A stretch of 64,000 nucleotides of DNA, taken from IMG/VR virus record IMGVR_UViG_2565956830_000008, positions 20,953 through 84,952 of that record; one strand, written 5' to 3'. Numbering within the stretch: position 1 is the stretch's first letter; every line of letters begins with the position of its first letter. The DNA comes from a virus. Lineage: Duplodnaviria; Caudoviricetes. The notes beneath the pieces are model-generated. The model had not been told where the DNA came from. It searched no databases and was given only the letters and a program-made list of their open reading frames with translations. The position numbers and the translations under genes were made by a program. Of this stretch, positions 43,574 through 54,164 are shown piece after piece.

Positions 43574-44412
43574 CACGCGCCCCGGAGGTAGCGCTCGACG
43601 GTGGCGAGCTTGGCGTTAGCGTCGGCGACCTGGTGGACGTAGCGCAGGACCGCATCCGGATCCCGGATCCCGGAATCCAACGCAGTCCGGACCGCGTCCT
43701 TCACGGTCATCGGCCCAGTGCGGGCAGGCGGCGGACTGGCGGATCCGGACTGCGGATCCGGTCCGGATTGGTCCGGATCCGCGGATCCGGACGCTGCTTC
43801 CAGCGCAATCCGCTCGGCGGTCACCTGGCCACGGGCCCGGGTCAGCTCGCGGTTGATCGCCACCATGGCCAGCTCCCCGCCGGCCTCAGCGCGCTGCTTG
43901 TCCACCCACTGCTGGGTCTTCTCATCGAGCGGCTTGGCATAGTGGCGCAGCACGACGGTCCACAGCGCCTTGACGATGCCGGAGACGACGGCGCCGATCA
44001 CGCCGATCGCCTGCTGCCCGGCGAGCCAGCCGTGCGCGCCGACCGCGAGCATGGCGATGACGAGCGCGCCGTGCCCCATGTTCCGTGGGAGGGCGGCGCG
44101 GGCGGGGTCGTAGCGGGAGAGCCACTCGACCGCCATGCACAGGATCCACGCCAGGTCGAAGGCGATCGCTGCGGCGTAGGCGGCGGGGGAGATCGTGACG
44201 CGGGCAAGGAGGTCGCCGATGGACGCGGTGGACCATACGACGGCGACGGCAACGAGGACGCCAGCGGCGATGGTGACGGCAGTGAGTACCGTGCGGTCCC
44301 AGTCGCGGGGCGGGACGGGCACATCGACGTTGTAACGCTCCAGGACCAACTCGGTCTTGCCGTTGATGGTGTGCGGGACGAGGCGGGTGCGCTCGATCTG
44401 GCGGGTCTTCAC
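43573..44412 (-). CDS. SpdB/DUF2637-like 4-TM protein
   Basis: VVWST.SIG.LL...AY..A..FDLAW..C...EW..RYD pattern recalled from Streptomyces spread-like proteins. Confidence 0.65.
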   Translation of the reverse strand: MKTRQIERTRLVPHTINGKTELVLERYNVDVPVPPRDWDRTVLTAVTIAAGVLVAVAVVWSTASIGDLLARVTISPAAYAAAIAFDLAWILCMAVEWLSRYDPARAALPRNMGHGALVIAMLAVGAHGWLAGQQAIGVIGAVVSGIVKALWTVVLRHYAKPLDEKTQQWVDKQRAEAGGELAMVAINRELTRARGQVTAERIALEAASGSADPDQSGPDPQSGSASPPPARTGPMTVKDAVRTALDSGIRDPDAVLRYVHQVADANAKLATVERYLRGA

Positions 44413-44473
44413 GGTGCTCTCCTGGGAGCAGATGAGGCCGCCCCCTCATCGGGGGCGGCCGGTCTGGGGCAGG

Positions 44474-44713
44474 TCAGGAGCGGCGGCGCCAGCCGCGCTT
44501 CTGCTCGAACGCGAACTTCGTGCCGTCTCCGGCGTCGCCGTTCTTCAGGACGGAGGCGCGGTGTCGGGCACGGCGGCCCTCCGCCTGGTCCAGCTCACGG
44601 CCGCGTTTACGTCCGTTCTTCTCCTGGTCGCGGGTCGAGGCGTGCGGGCCGACGGCGGGCGTGTAGCGCGGCCCGCCGGTCAGCGCCTCGCGGAGACGGC
44701 CGAGGGCGCTCAT
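44474..44713 (-). CDS. Small basic hypothetical protein
   Basis: 79 aa, coupled. Confidence 0.6.
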   Translation of the reverse strand: MSALGRLREALTGGPRYTPAVGPHASTRDQEKNGRKRGRELDQAEGRRARHRASVLKNGDAGDGTKFAFEQKRGWRRRS

Positions 44714-44904
44714 GCGGTCCGCCTCCCGCCGCAGGACTCCGCGCTGGCCTTCGCGTGGAATTTCGCCGACTCCAGCTGCCCGAGAGCTTCCTCCGCGCGG
44801 GCGGCCTGGTCCTGGACGTTGCCCCGGTCCTTGCTACACGCCCGCACGGTGGCGGGCTGGGCGACGGTCTCGTTCGGCGTCCTCGTGCTGATCCGGCGCG
44901 TCAT
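44710..44904 (-). CDS. Small hypothetical protein
   Basis: 64 aa, ATGA overlap. Confidence 0.5.
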   Translation of the reverse strand: MTRRISTRTPNETVAQPATVRACSKDRGNVQDQAARAEEALGQLESAKFHAKASAESCGGRRTA

Positions 44905-45190
44905 CGGCGTCCCCCCGTGGTGTTCCGGGCAGGGATGCCGCGGGTCTGCTCCGAGGCCGGCTCCTTCTCGCCGCGAAGGATCACGGACTGGTAGGTCGAT
45001 CCGGCGTTGCTCGTCTGCCCGCCAGGGGGATTACCCGGGCGCGCGTTAGTACCCTTTGGCATGCGTCAGCTCCATCTGACGTGGCCCCCGGTCGGCGTTT
45101 CCTAGGCCCCGACCGGGGGCCGACTTATAGGCGCAACATCGCGTTGCTTGCCCGACTGTATGGGACTCCCATACAGTCGGGCAAGCGGCC

Positions 45191-45553
45191 ATGGCAGATA
45201 GGAACCGGATGGCCGAGGAACAGGCAGGCGGCGGAGGGGAGGCTCAGCGCGTGTTCGACGCCCTGCAAGCCCTCAAGGCAATCGAGGACGAGCTAGCCAG
45301 AGCCCGGGAGATCAGCGTGTTCCTCCGGGCGTACGGCCCGGCAATCAAGGAACTCAGTGATCTACGCCGGGACTACGTCCTCGACCAGCGGCAACAGCAG
45401 GGGGTTTCCGTCAGGAAGCTCGCAGCGAAGCTCAACGTCTCCCCGTCGACCATTCAGGACATCGAGCGCGGATACTCCGGGTCTGGCAAGACCCGGCCGC
45501 GAAAGGCGAACGATGACGAGGGAGGCAAGCGCGACGACCACACCGGCGCCTGA
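45191..45553 (+). CDS. XRE-type HTH transcriptional regulator
   Basis: SVRKLAAKLNVSPSTIQDIERG; divergent from membrane cluster. Confidence 0.85.
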   Translation: MADRNRMAEEQAGGGGEAQRVFDALQALKAIEDELARAREISVFLRAYGPAIKELSDLRRDYVLDQRQQQGVSVRKLAAKLNVSPSTIQDIERGYSGSGKTRPRKANDDEGGKRDDHTGA

Positions 45554-45604
45554 GACGAGCAGGGCGCGATCACCCGCCCTGCACTCGATCATGACCCAAG
45601 GTCG

Positions 45605-46495
45605 CTACCCACGCGGCGGGTACTGCGCCTGCGCGATCGGGCTGACCAACAACATCGCGATGGCGTTCACCATGTCGGTGCCGATGTTGTTGAAGTGATC
45701 GTCAAGGTTCTGCTCGCGGAACAAGCCCGCGAAGGGGCCGACTGCTTGCGCGGCTAGACCTGGGCGCAGATCCTCATACCAGTGCTTGGTCTGTAGGTAG
45801 AGGGCCCGAGCGCGGATCAGCAGTTCTTCGTCCACCTTGTTGTCGCGGACGGCCTGCATGGCGGTGGTGATGGAGTCGATCCGGTAGAGCAGCATCTCCA
45901 GGGTCCATGGCGCGCTCGCGGGGCCCACGGCACGAGCCAGGCCGCTGGTCGCGAAGATGCTCGGCGGCTCGAACACCGCGCGCGCCGCGTCCTCAAGCTC
46001 ATTCCGGAGCTCAGGGGTGGTGCCACCCTGGTAGCTCACTTCCGTGAAGAAACGGACGAACCGGTTGCGGGCGGTGTCGGTGGCGGCGGGGTGGTCGATC
46101 TGCTCCAGCGTGGCCCGCGCCGCCTCCAAGCACACCTGTTTGCGGCGCAGCCCATCGCCGAACCAGGTTCGGAAAGCCTTGACCGCCTGCCGGGTCGGCA
46201 CCCACTCCTCGCCCCACCACAACCAGATCCCGAACGGCACCAGTGCCAGCGACGGGATCTTCGGCATCTCCACGCGCTTGCTCAGCAGGAGGAGGAACAA
46301 CTTGCGTTGGTTCGCCGAGTGCAGCCCCGGCCGGGATCCGCGGCCGGCCCCGCACCGCTGGGGATTGTTGAGCAGCCCAAGCGAGATCCAGTCGTGGATC
46401 GTCCGCCTGCTGATCTCATAGCCGGCCTTGGACGCATCTTCCAGCAGGTCATCCAAGGTGCCCGGTTCGTGCACCTGCTCCCAAGGGCGTTCCAC
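45605..46495 (-). CDS. Hypothetical protein with N-terminal MerR-like HTH
   Basis: ISRRTIHDWISLGLL..P. Confidence 0.72.
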   Translation of the reverse strand: MERPWEQVHEPGTLDDLLEDASKAGYEISRRTIHDWISLGLLNNPQRCGAGRGSRPGLHSANQRKLFLLLLSKRVEMPKIPSLALVPFGIWLWWGEEWVPTRQAVKAFRTWFGDGLRRKQVCLEAARATLEQIDHPAATDTARNRFVRFFTEVSYQGGTTPELRNELEDAARAVFEPPSIFATSGLARAVGPASAPWTLEMLLYRIDSITTAMQAVRDNKVDEELLIRARALYLQTKHWYEDLRPGLAAQAVGPFAGLFREQNLDDHFNNIGTDMVNAIAMLLVSPIAQAQYPPRG

Positions 46496-47113
46496 GCTCA
46501 GAAATTACACCAACTCCGCAGCAGCGTGGGGCCGTTGGCGGCGGACACAAGAAGCGTTCGCGGTCTAGCGTCGAAGACGGGATAACCCCGCAGGCCAGAT
46601 GCTTGGCGGCCCGGCTCTGCGGAGTGCTCCCGCACGTCCTGACCCGTCTCAGCAACGGAGCCTTCCATGCACATCGACTCTAAGCCGTCTGTTCCTGATC
46701 AGTACCGTTCCCGGGCCCGCCGGTATCGGCGGGTCCTCACCATGAAGGTGATCGGAGGGGCGTGCACGGCACTCGGCGGCGTCGCGGTGCAACTCCTGCT
46801 TCACTCCGTCATCGGTCGCCGCTGAGCCGCGCCGCCGGCCTGGGGAGACGTCCGACCGTCTCCTGATCTCGGCGGTTCCGAGGGGCAGGGGCACTGTGCC
46901 CCTGCACTCCCAGCTCGGACAGCGGGTTGGTACCGCGTCGACTGTGACTTCCACCGATGTCTGGCCGGCTCACTCGACGACAAGGCAGGTCACAGCTTCA
47001 CACTCAACGCCAGTTGGCCAGCTTGCTCAGCAATAGTTGGCCAGCGGCAATCAGGTCGATCCAGAATCTGCCGCAGGACGCTCACAGCAGAGTGCTTGGA
47101 GTCGGCGGTGTCG

Positions 47114-47734
47114 TCAGCGTTCGGGAGGAAAGTCAAGGTCCGGGCCCCCAGCCTCGAAGCGCATGAAGAGGTCTCGCCTTGCCCAGGCGTCCGGGTTGGC
47201 GTACTCGACGAGAGGCGCCTGCTCGGGCCCCCACACCTGAGAGCCGTCGGGATTGTCCCTTCGACACTGGAGCACACCGCTCCCCAGGCGGCGCCATCGA
47301 AGACCTGCGGCATCGGTGAATTCGACGATCGTGGCCTCATGCAGTGGCCGCGGTTCCGCAAGCCTTGACGGGATCCGGGCCTCGCGCATAACGCCAGGGC
47401 TCAGGTGGCCGGTCGGCGAATCAAACTCCAGGCGCTCTCCGCCATAGAACGAGACCAGATCCCTCATCGGCTGGCTGCTGTAGTTGATGACCCTCAGCAC
47501 CCAGGTATCAAGGTTGGTCAGCGGCGACTGAGTAGCCATGAACCCGACGTGCAGCCGAGATGCGTGCACCAGAGTGTTGCGCTCGTCGGCCGCACGCTCC
47601 CGCTCTGCGACAAGCTGCTCCCTCTCGGCCAGACGTTCGGCCTGGCCTACTTGGTGACGGTGCGCTGCATAGCTGATTGCAAGCCCACCGAGCCCAACGA
47701 GGCATCCAACGGCGGCAATTACAAGCTCGACCAC
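47114..47734 (-). CDS. Membrane-anchored hypothetical protein (moron)
   Basis: N-terminal TM, lower GC; start uncertain. Confidence 0.65.
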   Translation of the reverse strand: MVELVIAAVGCLVGLGGLAISYAAHRHQVGQAERLAEREQLVAERERAADERNTLVHASRLHVGFMATQSPLTNLDTWVLRVINYSSQPMRDLVSFYGGERLEFDSPTGHLSPGVMREARIPSRLAEPRPLHEATIVEFTDAAGLRWRRLGSGVLQCRRDNPDGSQVWGPEQAPLVEYANPDAWARRDLFMRFEAGGPDLDFPPER

Positions 47735-47865
47735 GCTGCCAGTGTGATCGCAGCCTGTGAAGGTGTCGAGTGCCAATGCGGAACTGGCCAGGTACCGCTG
47801 CGAGTGGCCACCAACCATTGCACGTCACATCGACGTGTCGCGGACGGGATGCTTGAATCGAACAC

Positions 47866-48276
47866 ATGAACGAGCTGCCGCCGGACCCTCCTCGCCTTCG
47901 GGCGATCCTCGGGTACCTCGAAAAGCAGCTCGCCGAGGAAGAGACCGTGATGACGTACCTGCGGCTCCAGCGTGATGCCGTACGAGACGCCCTCACCCGC
48001 GCCGAGGCCCCACCCCCGCGGCGGTCGCGGATCCCCAAGGGCGGCTCCGGCCTCGGCCCGATGGCGCAGGCCTCGCCTCGGCCGCAGTTCGTTGTTCAGC
48101 AGAAGCGCACGCCCCGCGGGCCCGAGCCCGCGATCATTCACCTTGGCGACTGCACGATGATCGAGGGCACACCCCATCGGATCACCGAGCATGACGCGCG
48201 TGTCTCCCTCTCGGACCCGAACATCGAGGCGTGCGCGTTCTGTCGGCCGGACACCGAGCTGGGGATCCTGGACTGA
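47866..48276 (+). CDS. DUF6233-like protein
   Basis: MNELPPDPPRLR.I, IH.GDC, AC.FCRPDTELG. Confidence 0.85.
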   Translation: MNELPPDPPRLRAILGYLEKQLAEEETVMTYLRLQRDAVRDALTRAEAPPPRRSRIPKGGSGLGPMAQASPRPQFVVQQKRTPRGPEPAIIHLGDCTMIEGTPHRITEHDARVSLSDPNIEACAFCRPDTELGILD

Positions 48277-48290
48277 CCCAGACACAACGA

Positions 48291-48318
48291 AACCCCCGCA
48301 CGATCGTGTGCGGGGGTT
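48291..48318 (+). terminator. Hairpin terminator after DUF6233-like gene
   Basis: aacccccgcac-gatcgt-gtgcgggggtt. Confidence 0.7.
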
Positions 48319-48641
48319 CATCGTTCATGCGGACGCCGACTGCTGGGGATGGCGTCCTCTGGCGGAGGCGGGCTCGGCGGCGGAAACACGAGGTCCTCGA
48401 ACGCTTCCATCGCGAGGAGGAGCAGTAGCAACAGGGCCGGTAGAAACAGCGCGATCAAGACCACGGCACCTCCCAGGGGGAGAGTGGGCGGGCTTTCTCA
48501 GATCGGTTCGTCTGACTCTGTGGGATGGCTACGTCGCATTCAGTGTGCGTCCGAATGGAGTAGCACGCATGTCGATCACAGGACCGAGCGCGGGCTAAGC
48601 CCTCCATTAACCCCTGCCCCGAAGGCCTTGGCCGAGCTGAG

Positions 48642-48986
48642 CTAGCAGAGAATCCGGCCGAGCCGCTGAAGCTCGGCGTCTCGCTGTTCGGCAGTCACCA
48701 TCGGGTAACCGCGACACGAGGCTTCGTGCCCCTCACCGTCATCCCATATCGAGACAACCCCACCGTGATGGCTACAGGCGCCCCGGTGGCCGATCGAGGT
48801 CGAGGGCCAACCATCCGCGCAGCTACTGCCCTGGTACGTCCAGTGCAGTAGGGGCGCAGTCGGCGCGGGCTTCTCTGGCGGCGCCTCTTCGGGGTCCGAC
48901 GAACTACAGCTACTCACCCCCGTGTAGAGCCATACCGCCACCACGAACGCCACGATGCACCCGCAGCCCCCATCGTTCCTCGCCAC
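48642..48986 (-). CDS. Exported/lipoprotein-like protein with DUF3761-like motif
   Basis: CADGWPSTS..HRGACSHHGGV; N-terminal hydrophobic segment. Confidence 0.7.
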   Translation of the reverse strand: MARNDGGCGCIVAFVVAVWLYTGVSSCSSSDPEEAPPEKPAPTAPLLHWTYQGSSCADGWPSTSIGHRGACSHHGGVVSIWDDGEGHEASCRGYPMVTAEQRDAELQRLGRILC

Positions 48987-49067
48987 GAAACCCCCTCTAG
49001 CCCCTCCCGTGAGGGCGCATCCTACGGCCAACGAAGAAGGCCCCCGCCGGCCGAGGGTTTCGCGTTG

Positions 49068-51727
49068 TCAGTCGCAGGTCGGCCGCTCGGCCGGTGGCTG
49101 TGTCTCTTGGTGGATGATGTCGAAGGCCTCGGCAATGGCGGCGCCGAGAAGGTGTCGGGGCACGGTGGCCCGGTACTCGATGCGGACGCCATCGCGGGGT
49201 GGGTCGTCGTCGGCTCGCGGCCGGGCGGGCGGGTTGGGGCTGTCGTTCATGCGGCGGCTTCTGTCCCTGCGTTGGCGGCGGCGCACCACAGGCACCGGTC
49301 GGTCGCTTCGGTCGCTTCTGCGGGCGCGGCGTCGGGGTCGTCGATGGTGCTCGTCGTGACCCGCTGGACGAGACGGAACTCGCTGTTGGGGTGCTCCCTG
49401 CGGCGCCGGCGGTAGGAGTCGACGGCGCGGTCCCGCTCGGCGACGTCCCGGAGGAGGGTGCCCCAGCGGCCGTTCACCCGGCCTTCCACCTGCCACCGTC
49501 GGGCCGGTGGCGCTGCCTCCGGGCCGGTGATGCCGAGGCGTTCGACGAGGGCGCGGAGCCGGTCCAGCTCGTCGTACAGGTTGTCGAGGTCGGCGCTGTT
49601 CAGGTCGTCGAGGCGGATGCGCGCGGTCATCGGTGTCCCTTCAGGGCAGGGCCGTATGGGCTGGCCCAGGCCGGCCGGTCGGTGCGGACCCGGGCGCGCG
49701 TCCTGGCCGCGAATCGTACGAGGTGCCGGGTGGTCTCGGCGACTCGCTTTGCGAGGGCGGCGAGTTGCTCGCGCAGTTGCCGCCACCAGATGGCGATGCG
49801 CTGGAGGGCGGCGCCGACGGCGCGCGCCAGCTCGGGGGTCAGGAGGGTGTTACGCATGGGCTACTCCGATGGGTCAGGCCCGGCCGCCTGGTGGCGGCCG
49901 GGCCGGTGGCTATTCGGCGTCGAGGGCGTACCGCCCGGTCTTGGGCACGTACGTGAGGCCGAAGCGGATGGGCAGGTTCTTGTGGTCGGCGCCGGTGCGC
50001 TCCAGGTACGGCGAGCAGCAGCAGCCGCAGCCCTCGATCAAGATGCCGTGCTTCGCGGTGAGGGCGGCCAGCTCCTCGAGGAACTCTTCAATCCCGGACA
50101 TCACAGCTCCCCGTACGAGACGAGGAACCAGCGGGGGCGCTCCTGGATCGGTGTGAGGCCGAGCGCTTCGAGGGCACGCGCGAGCCGCGCGTCCCACTTC
50201 TCCGTGGGCGGCTTCCACAGCAGGTCTTGCGGGTCGATGTACTCGACGTGCCCGCGGTGCACTGTCGTTGAGTGCGCGGCCAGGGCGTAGGCGGGCACGG
50301 AGTGCGAGCAGTACGTCTCCAGCTTCACGCCGATCTGCTTCTCGGCTTCGCGGCGCCGATCCCAGTAGCCGGTCTCGCGGGCGTCGCGCGTCCACGTCTC
50401 GGTGAACCCGGCGACCTCGGTCAGGAGCCGGTTCTCGACGGCCGTACCGATGTCGTCCCCGTCCTCGTCCTCGTCGTCGCCGGTGGGCTCGTACCAGGGC
50501 GTCGGCAGCAGGTAGCCGTACTCGTCGACCTCCTGCACCTTCCAGCCGTCGTCGGCGCCGCCCAGGTCGTAGCCGTAGACGAGGATCGCGTCCGAAGCCT
50601 GTCCCATGTCAGCTGTCTCCGTTCGTGTCGGTGCGGCGGGCCTGCGCCGAGGTGAGGCCCCGCCGGAAGCCCTCGACGGCATCCCGGCCGAACTGTTCGA
50701 GGGCGGCGCGGCGTCCGGCGGCACGCTCCCGCTTCGACGCCGAGGAGAGGACGACGCTGCCGAAGACGAAGCAGACGACGGGCACGATGTAGCCGCCGTC
50801 GTCGACGCCGAACGTCACGGCGGACCAGACGGCGACAGCGACGGCGGCGAAGGCGAGGCAGAACGCGCCCGTGGCGAGGGCACGGGCGTAGCGGCGGTGC
50901 GTGTTCACAGGTCGATCTCGATCTCATGCGGCGGGACACCGGCAGCAAGCTCCCGGTGAAGGATCTGCAGGCGGGCTATCGCGATGTCGTCGCGGCTGCC
51001 GAGGGCTAGGCGGGTCGGCCTGGGCAGGGTGTCCCAGCAGTCCCAGCACAGGTACTGGCCCGTCCTGCGCTTGGCCTCACAGACGGGGTTGGGGCAGTTC
51101 AGTGCGGTCATGTGCTTGTTATCCCTGTGCGTGCGGAGCCGCCGGACGAGGGCCCCGCCCGCAGCGGCGCCCGCGAGGGGCACCGCTGCGGCAAGGGCGG
51201 TGAGCGGCGCCAGGACGCCGAGGAGCCGTCCGCCAGTCACGTCCTCACCAAGCCGCGGAAGGCGCTGTTGACCATGCTGATGAGCCACATCAAGGCGACC
51301 TGTTCGGCTGCCTCCGGGGACCAGCCGCGCCGGGTGAGGTCGGTACGGATGCCGTCGGCGTGGTCGAAGATCGGCGACATCAGCTCGGTGAACGCCAGCA
51401 GGCTGTTGCTGAGTTCGTTCCGGGTGTCGTCGATCTCTTCGCGGCTGGGCATCTTCGGCTTGTCCTCGGTGCTGTCCTCGTCGGGGATGCGGCCGGCCAC
51501 GTAGCCGAGGAGGCGGTCGAGTCCGGTGGGGCGCTGGGTCATTGGGGCTTCCTTCGGGGTCGTTCGGGGTGGCGGTCCCAGATGTGGGCGGCGTCGTTCC
51601 AGGCGCGGACGCGGCACCAGGTGGGGACGGGGGCGCAGTTGAAGGCAAAGACTTCGATCTTTCGCCATACGCGGGCGTGCCTCCGCCGCTTCCAGTGGCG
51701 GCGGACACGCATCGGGATCAGGCGCAT
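49068..51727 (-). other. Run of small translationally coupled hypothetical genes (49068-49250, 49247-49630, 49627-49857, 49910-50101, 50101-50607, 50609-50908, 50905-51111, 51237-51542, 51539-51727)
   Basis: Overlapping start/stop codons and protein-like C-terminal parts of the listed ORFs. Confidence 0.65.
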
Positions 51728-51728
51728 G

Positions 51729-52625
51729 TCACTGGCCTGCCTGGGGCAGGTCGGCCTTGTCCGGCCAGTGCGGTTCGGGCTCCACGGCCGGGTCCAGAGG
51801 GGCGCCGCAGTCGGCGCACTTCCGGGACTTCACCCACATGCGCCGAACGTTGCGGTACTCGCTGGTGACCTCCCAGGCGATGTGCGCGCACTCGGTGTCG
51901 TCGTCGACCTGGTCGAGGACGGCGAGCGCCTCACGCCGGCCGTCGCCGCACATCTCCGCGAACCTCATGCCGGGCCAGCAGATGCCGCACTTCGCGGCGT
52001 GTGCCACCGCGGCGTCGTGCGCGACCTTGACCGCCTCCATCAGCGGTATCGACCGGCGCTGGGTGGGCGTGGGCTTCGGCTCGTCGGGGGCGACGCATGG
52101 TCCGCCGTCGGCGGCGAGCAGCTCGTCCCGCACCTTGCGGCAGTGCTCTTCGGTCGCGTTCTCCACGACCAGGCGGTGCTCCTGCCAGTCGTACAGGGTC
52201 GCGAACACGCCGCTCCGGCCGATGACGTACCGCTCGCCTTGGAATTGGTCACAGGTGCACTCGCCGAGCCCGCACCTGCCCCCCTTGATATGCCAGTTCA
52301 CGTTGTGGTGGCAGTCGTAGCAACTGGCGAGCGACAAGGGCGCCCGCTTCGGCTCCTCGTCGTGGATCCACGCGGCGAGCGCGTCGGCGTACGCGCCGTG
52401 CGCGTCCTTGGCGCGGTTCTGCGCTGCCTTGGCCTGCTCGTCGACGGCCTGCGCGACATGCCGGAGCCCGCCGACGTGCGGGGAGAACTCGGCGACCTTC
52501 CGGGCGAGCGGCTCGGGCAGCACCTCAGCCAACCGGACCGGGGTCCGCTTGATGCCGTGGCCCGGGTCGAGGCACAGCTTCAGGAAGCTGCGCAGCGCCT
52601 CGGGGTTGGCGTAGTCCTGGTGCAC
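51729..52625 (-). CDS. Hypothetical multi-Zn-motif protein (298 aa)
   Basis: GAAGGAG RBS; several CxxC/CxC/H motifs. Confidence 0.72.
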   Translation of the reverse strand: MHQDYANPEALRSFLKLCLDPGHGIKRTPVRLAEVLPEPLARKVAEFSPHVGGLRHVAQAVDEQAKAAQNRAKDAHGAYADALAAWIHDEEPKRAPLSLASCYDCHHNVNWHIKGGRCGLGECTCDQFQGERYVIGRSGVFATLYDWQEHRLVVENATEEHCRKVRDELLAADGGPCVAPDEPKPTPTQRRSIPLMEAVKVAHDAAVAHAAKCGICWPGMRFAEMCGDGRREALAVLDQVDDDTECAHIAWEVTSEYRNVRRMWVKSRKCADCGAPLDPAVEPEPHWPDKADLPQAGQ

Positions 52626-52648
52626 TGGGGTTTCTCCTTCGTGGTGGA

Positions 52649-54007
52649 TCAGAACGGCGCGGGGCCGCGCTGGTGGGTGGTCTGGGAGACGGCGGCGCGC
52701 TGCGCGCGACGGCGGGCAGCCTCGACCTCGAGTTCGTCCGCCTCCGCGCGGGCGGCGTCCTCGGCGGCCCAGCGCGCCATGAGCACGGCCACGGCCTCGG
52801 CGGGGGTCTGGCAGCACCGACGGCACATCCCGTCGTCGGGGACGTCGCCGACGAGCGGGCGCCCGCAGTCGACGCACTCGGGCCGCGGGGCGGAGGCGCC
52901 GCCGGTCCGGCGCGGGTCCTCGCCGCGGCTGAAGGCGGCCCGCCGGTACGCCCGGCGCTCCACGCAAGCCCGGCACTCGTCGCCCGTGTCGACCATGACG
53001 CCGTCCTCGCACGACGGGTCAGGGCAGTACGGCGTCGGCCCGATCAGGGCCATGGCCGCGCCGATCGGGTTGCGGATCTGGCCGTCGTGGAAGGCGGGCT
53101 CGAAGCCCCAGCCGACCCAGCGGCGGCCGATGCGTCCGGCGATCTGCTCGGGCGTCCGGGCATCCAGGGCAGCGAGCGCCGCACGGTGGTTGTTGCCCGG
53201 GATCCGCTGGCCGGGCAGCTGGGCGAGCAGCGGGCGGGGAAGCGCCCCCTCGACGACCCGCAGGGCCGCCCTCTGCTCACTGGTCAGGCTCAGCGTCTTG
53301 CTCGCGGCGGAGCCGCCGCCTGCTCGCGCGCTACTACCTGCACCAGTCCTACGGACGTCAGCGGCGCTACGCGCCGAAGGCGCCAGCTCGGAAGGTATCT
53401 CGGAAGGTGTCTTAGAAGGTTGGGGGACTGTCAGTCCCTGGGCCAGGGACTCAGAGTCCGGGGGGTGGGGACTCTCAGTCCCTGGGTTACCTCCGGTAGG
53501 CCAGGGACTCTCAGTCCCTGACCCCCAGGGACTCTCAGTCCCTGGGTCGGCGCCCTGGTCGTCCTGCTTCGGGCGCTTCCTTCCCTTGTCGGACCGGGCG
53601 GTCTTGGGCGGCGCCTCAGCAAGATCGGGGCGCGTCTGCCGGGTGATGGGCGGGCGGCCGAGCGACTCCCGCTGGTGATTGATCTCGGCGAGCTGAGCAC
53701 GGCTGTACCAGGACGCCGGGATCATGACCTCCCACGGCACCGGCCGCTGCGCCTCCGGGATCCGCAGCCAGACCTCCGACAGGTGCTCTGTCTGGCGCCG
53801 CAGGATGCCCCGCTGCTCCATCTCCCGGCACTTCCGACCTGCGGTCTTCGGGTCCACGCGCGCGACCTTCGCGAGGGTCGGGTACGAGCGGAAGCAGTTC
53901 ATCCCGTCGAAGTCACCCTTGACGACCAGGGCCATGAGGATGGCGCGCTCCTCGGCGTCGCGCACTGGTGCGTGCTCGACGGCCCACAAGATCGGATACA
54001 GGCTCAC
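52649..54007 (-). CDS. Phage replication initiator (N-terminal wHTH, lambda O-like organisation)
   Basis: ERAILMAL...CFRSYPTLAKVARV..KT......ME..G.L; low-complexity linker containing iterons. Confidence 0.8.
   Translation of the reverse strand: MSLYPILWAVEHAPVRDAEERAILMALVVKGDFDGMNCFRSYPTLAKVARVDPKTAGRKCREMEQRGILRRQTEHLSEVWLRIPEAQRPVPWEVMIPASWYSRAQLAEINHQRESLGRPPITRQTRPDLAEAPPKTARSDKGRKRPKQDDQGADPGTESPWGSGTESPWPTGGNPGTESPHPPDSESLAQGLTVPQPSKTPSEIPSELAPSARSAADVRRTGAGSSARAGGGSAASKTLSLTSEQRAALRVVEGALPRPLLAQLPGQRIPGNNHRAALAALDARTPEQIAGRIGRRWVGWGFEPAFHDGQIRNPIGAAMALIGPTPYCPDPSCEDGVMVDTGDECRACVERRAYRRAAFSRGEDPRRTGGASAPRPECVDCGRPLVGDVPDDGMCRRCCQTPAEAVAVLMARWAAEDAARAEADELEVEAARRRAQRAAVSQTTHQRGPAPF
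53424..53542. repeat. Five palindromic iterons GGGACT-NNN-AGTCCC; candidate replication origin
   Basis: Copies at 53424, 53446 (1 mismatch), 53468, 53504, 53528 inside initiator gene. Confidence 0.85.
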
Positions 54008-54164
54008 GGGGTGGGGCTCACTCTCGGATTCATGCTGGTCAGGGCGGGTGTGCGGCACCGGGATGGGGGCCAGCACCTTGGGGCGATCATCCCGCTTTCT
54101 TTAAAGAACTGCAAGTTCTTGACACAATTCGAAAGAAGGCAGAGGGAGCGGCTATCCTTCGAAC

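Noticed and set aside
53424-53542. Palindromic repeats as a mini-CRISPR
   Set aside because: Spacers are only 7-21 bp and the repeats lie in frame within the initiator gene; iterons fit better
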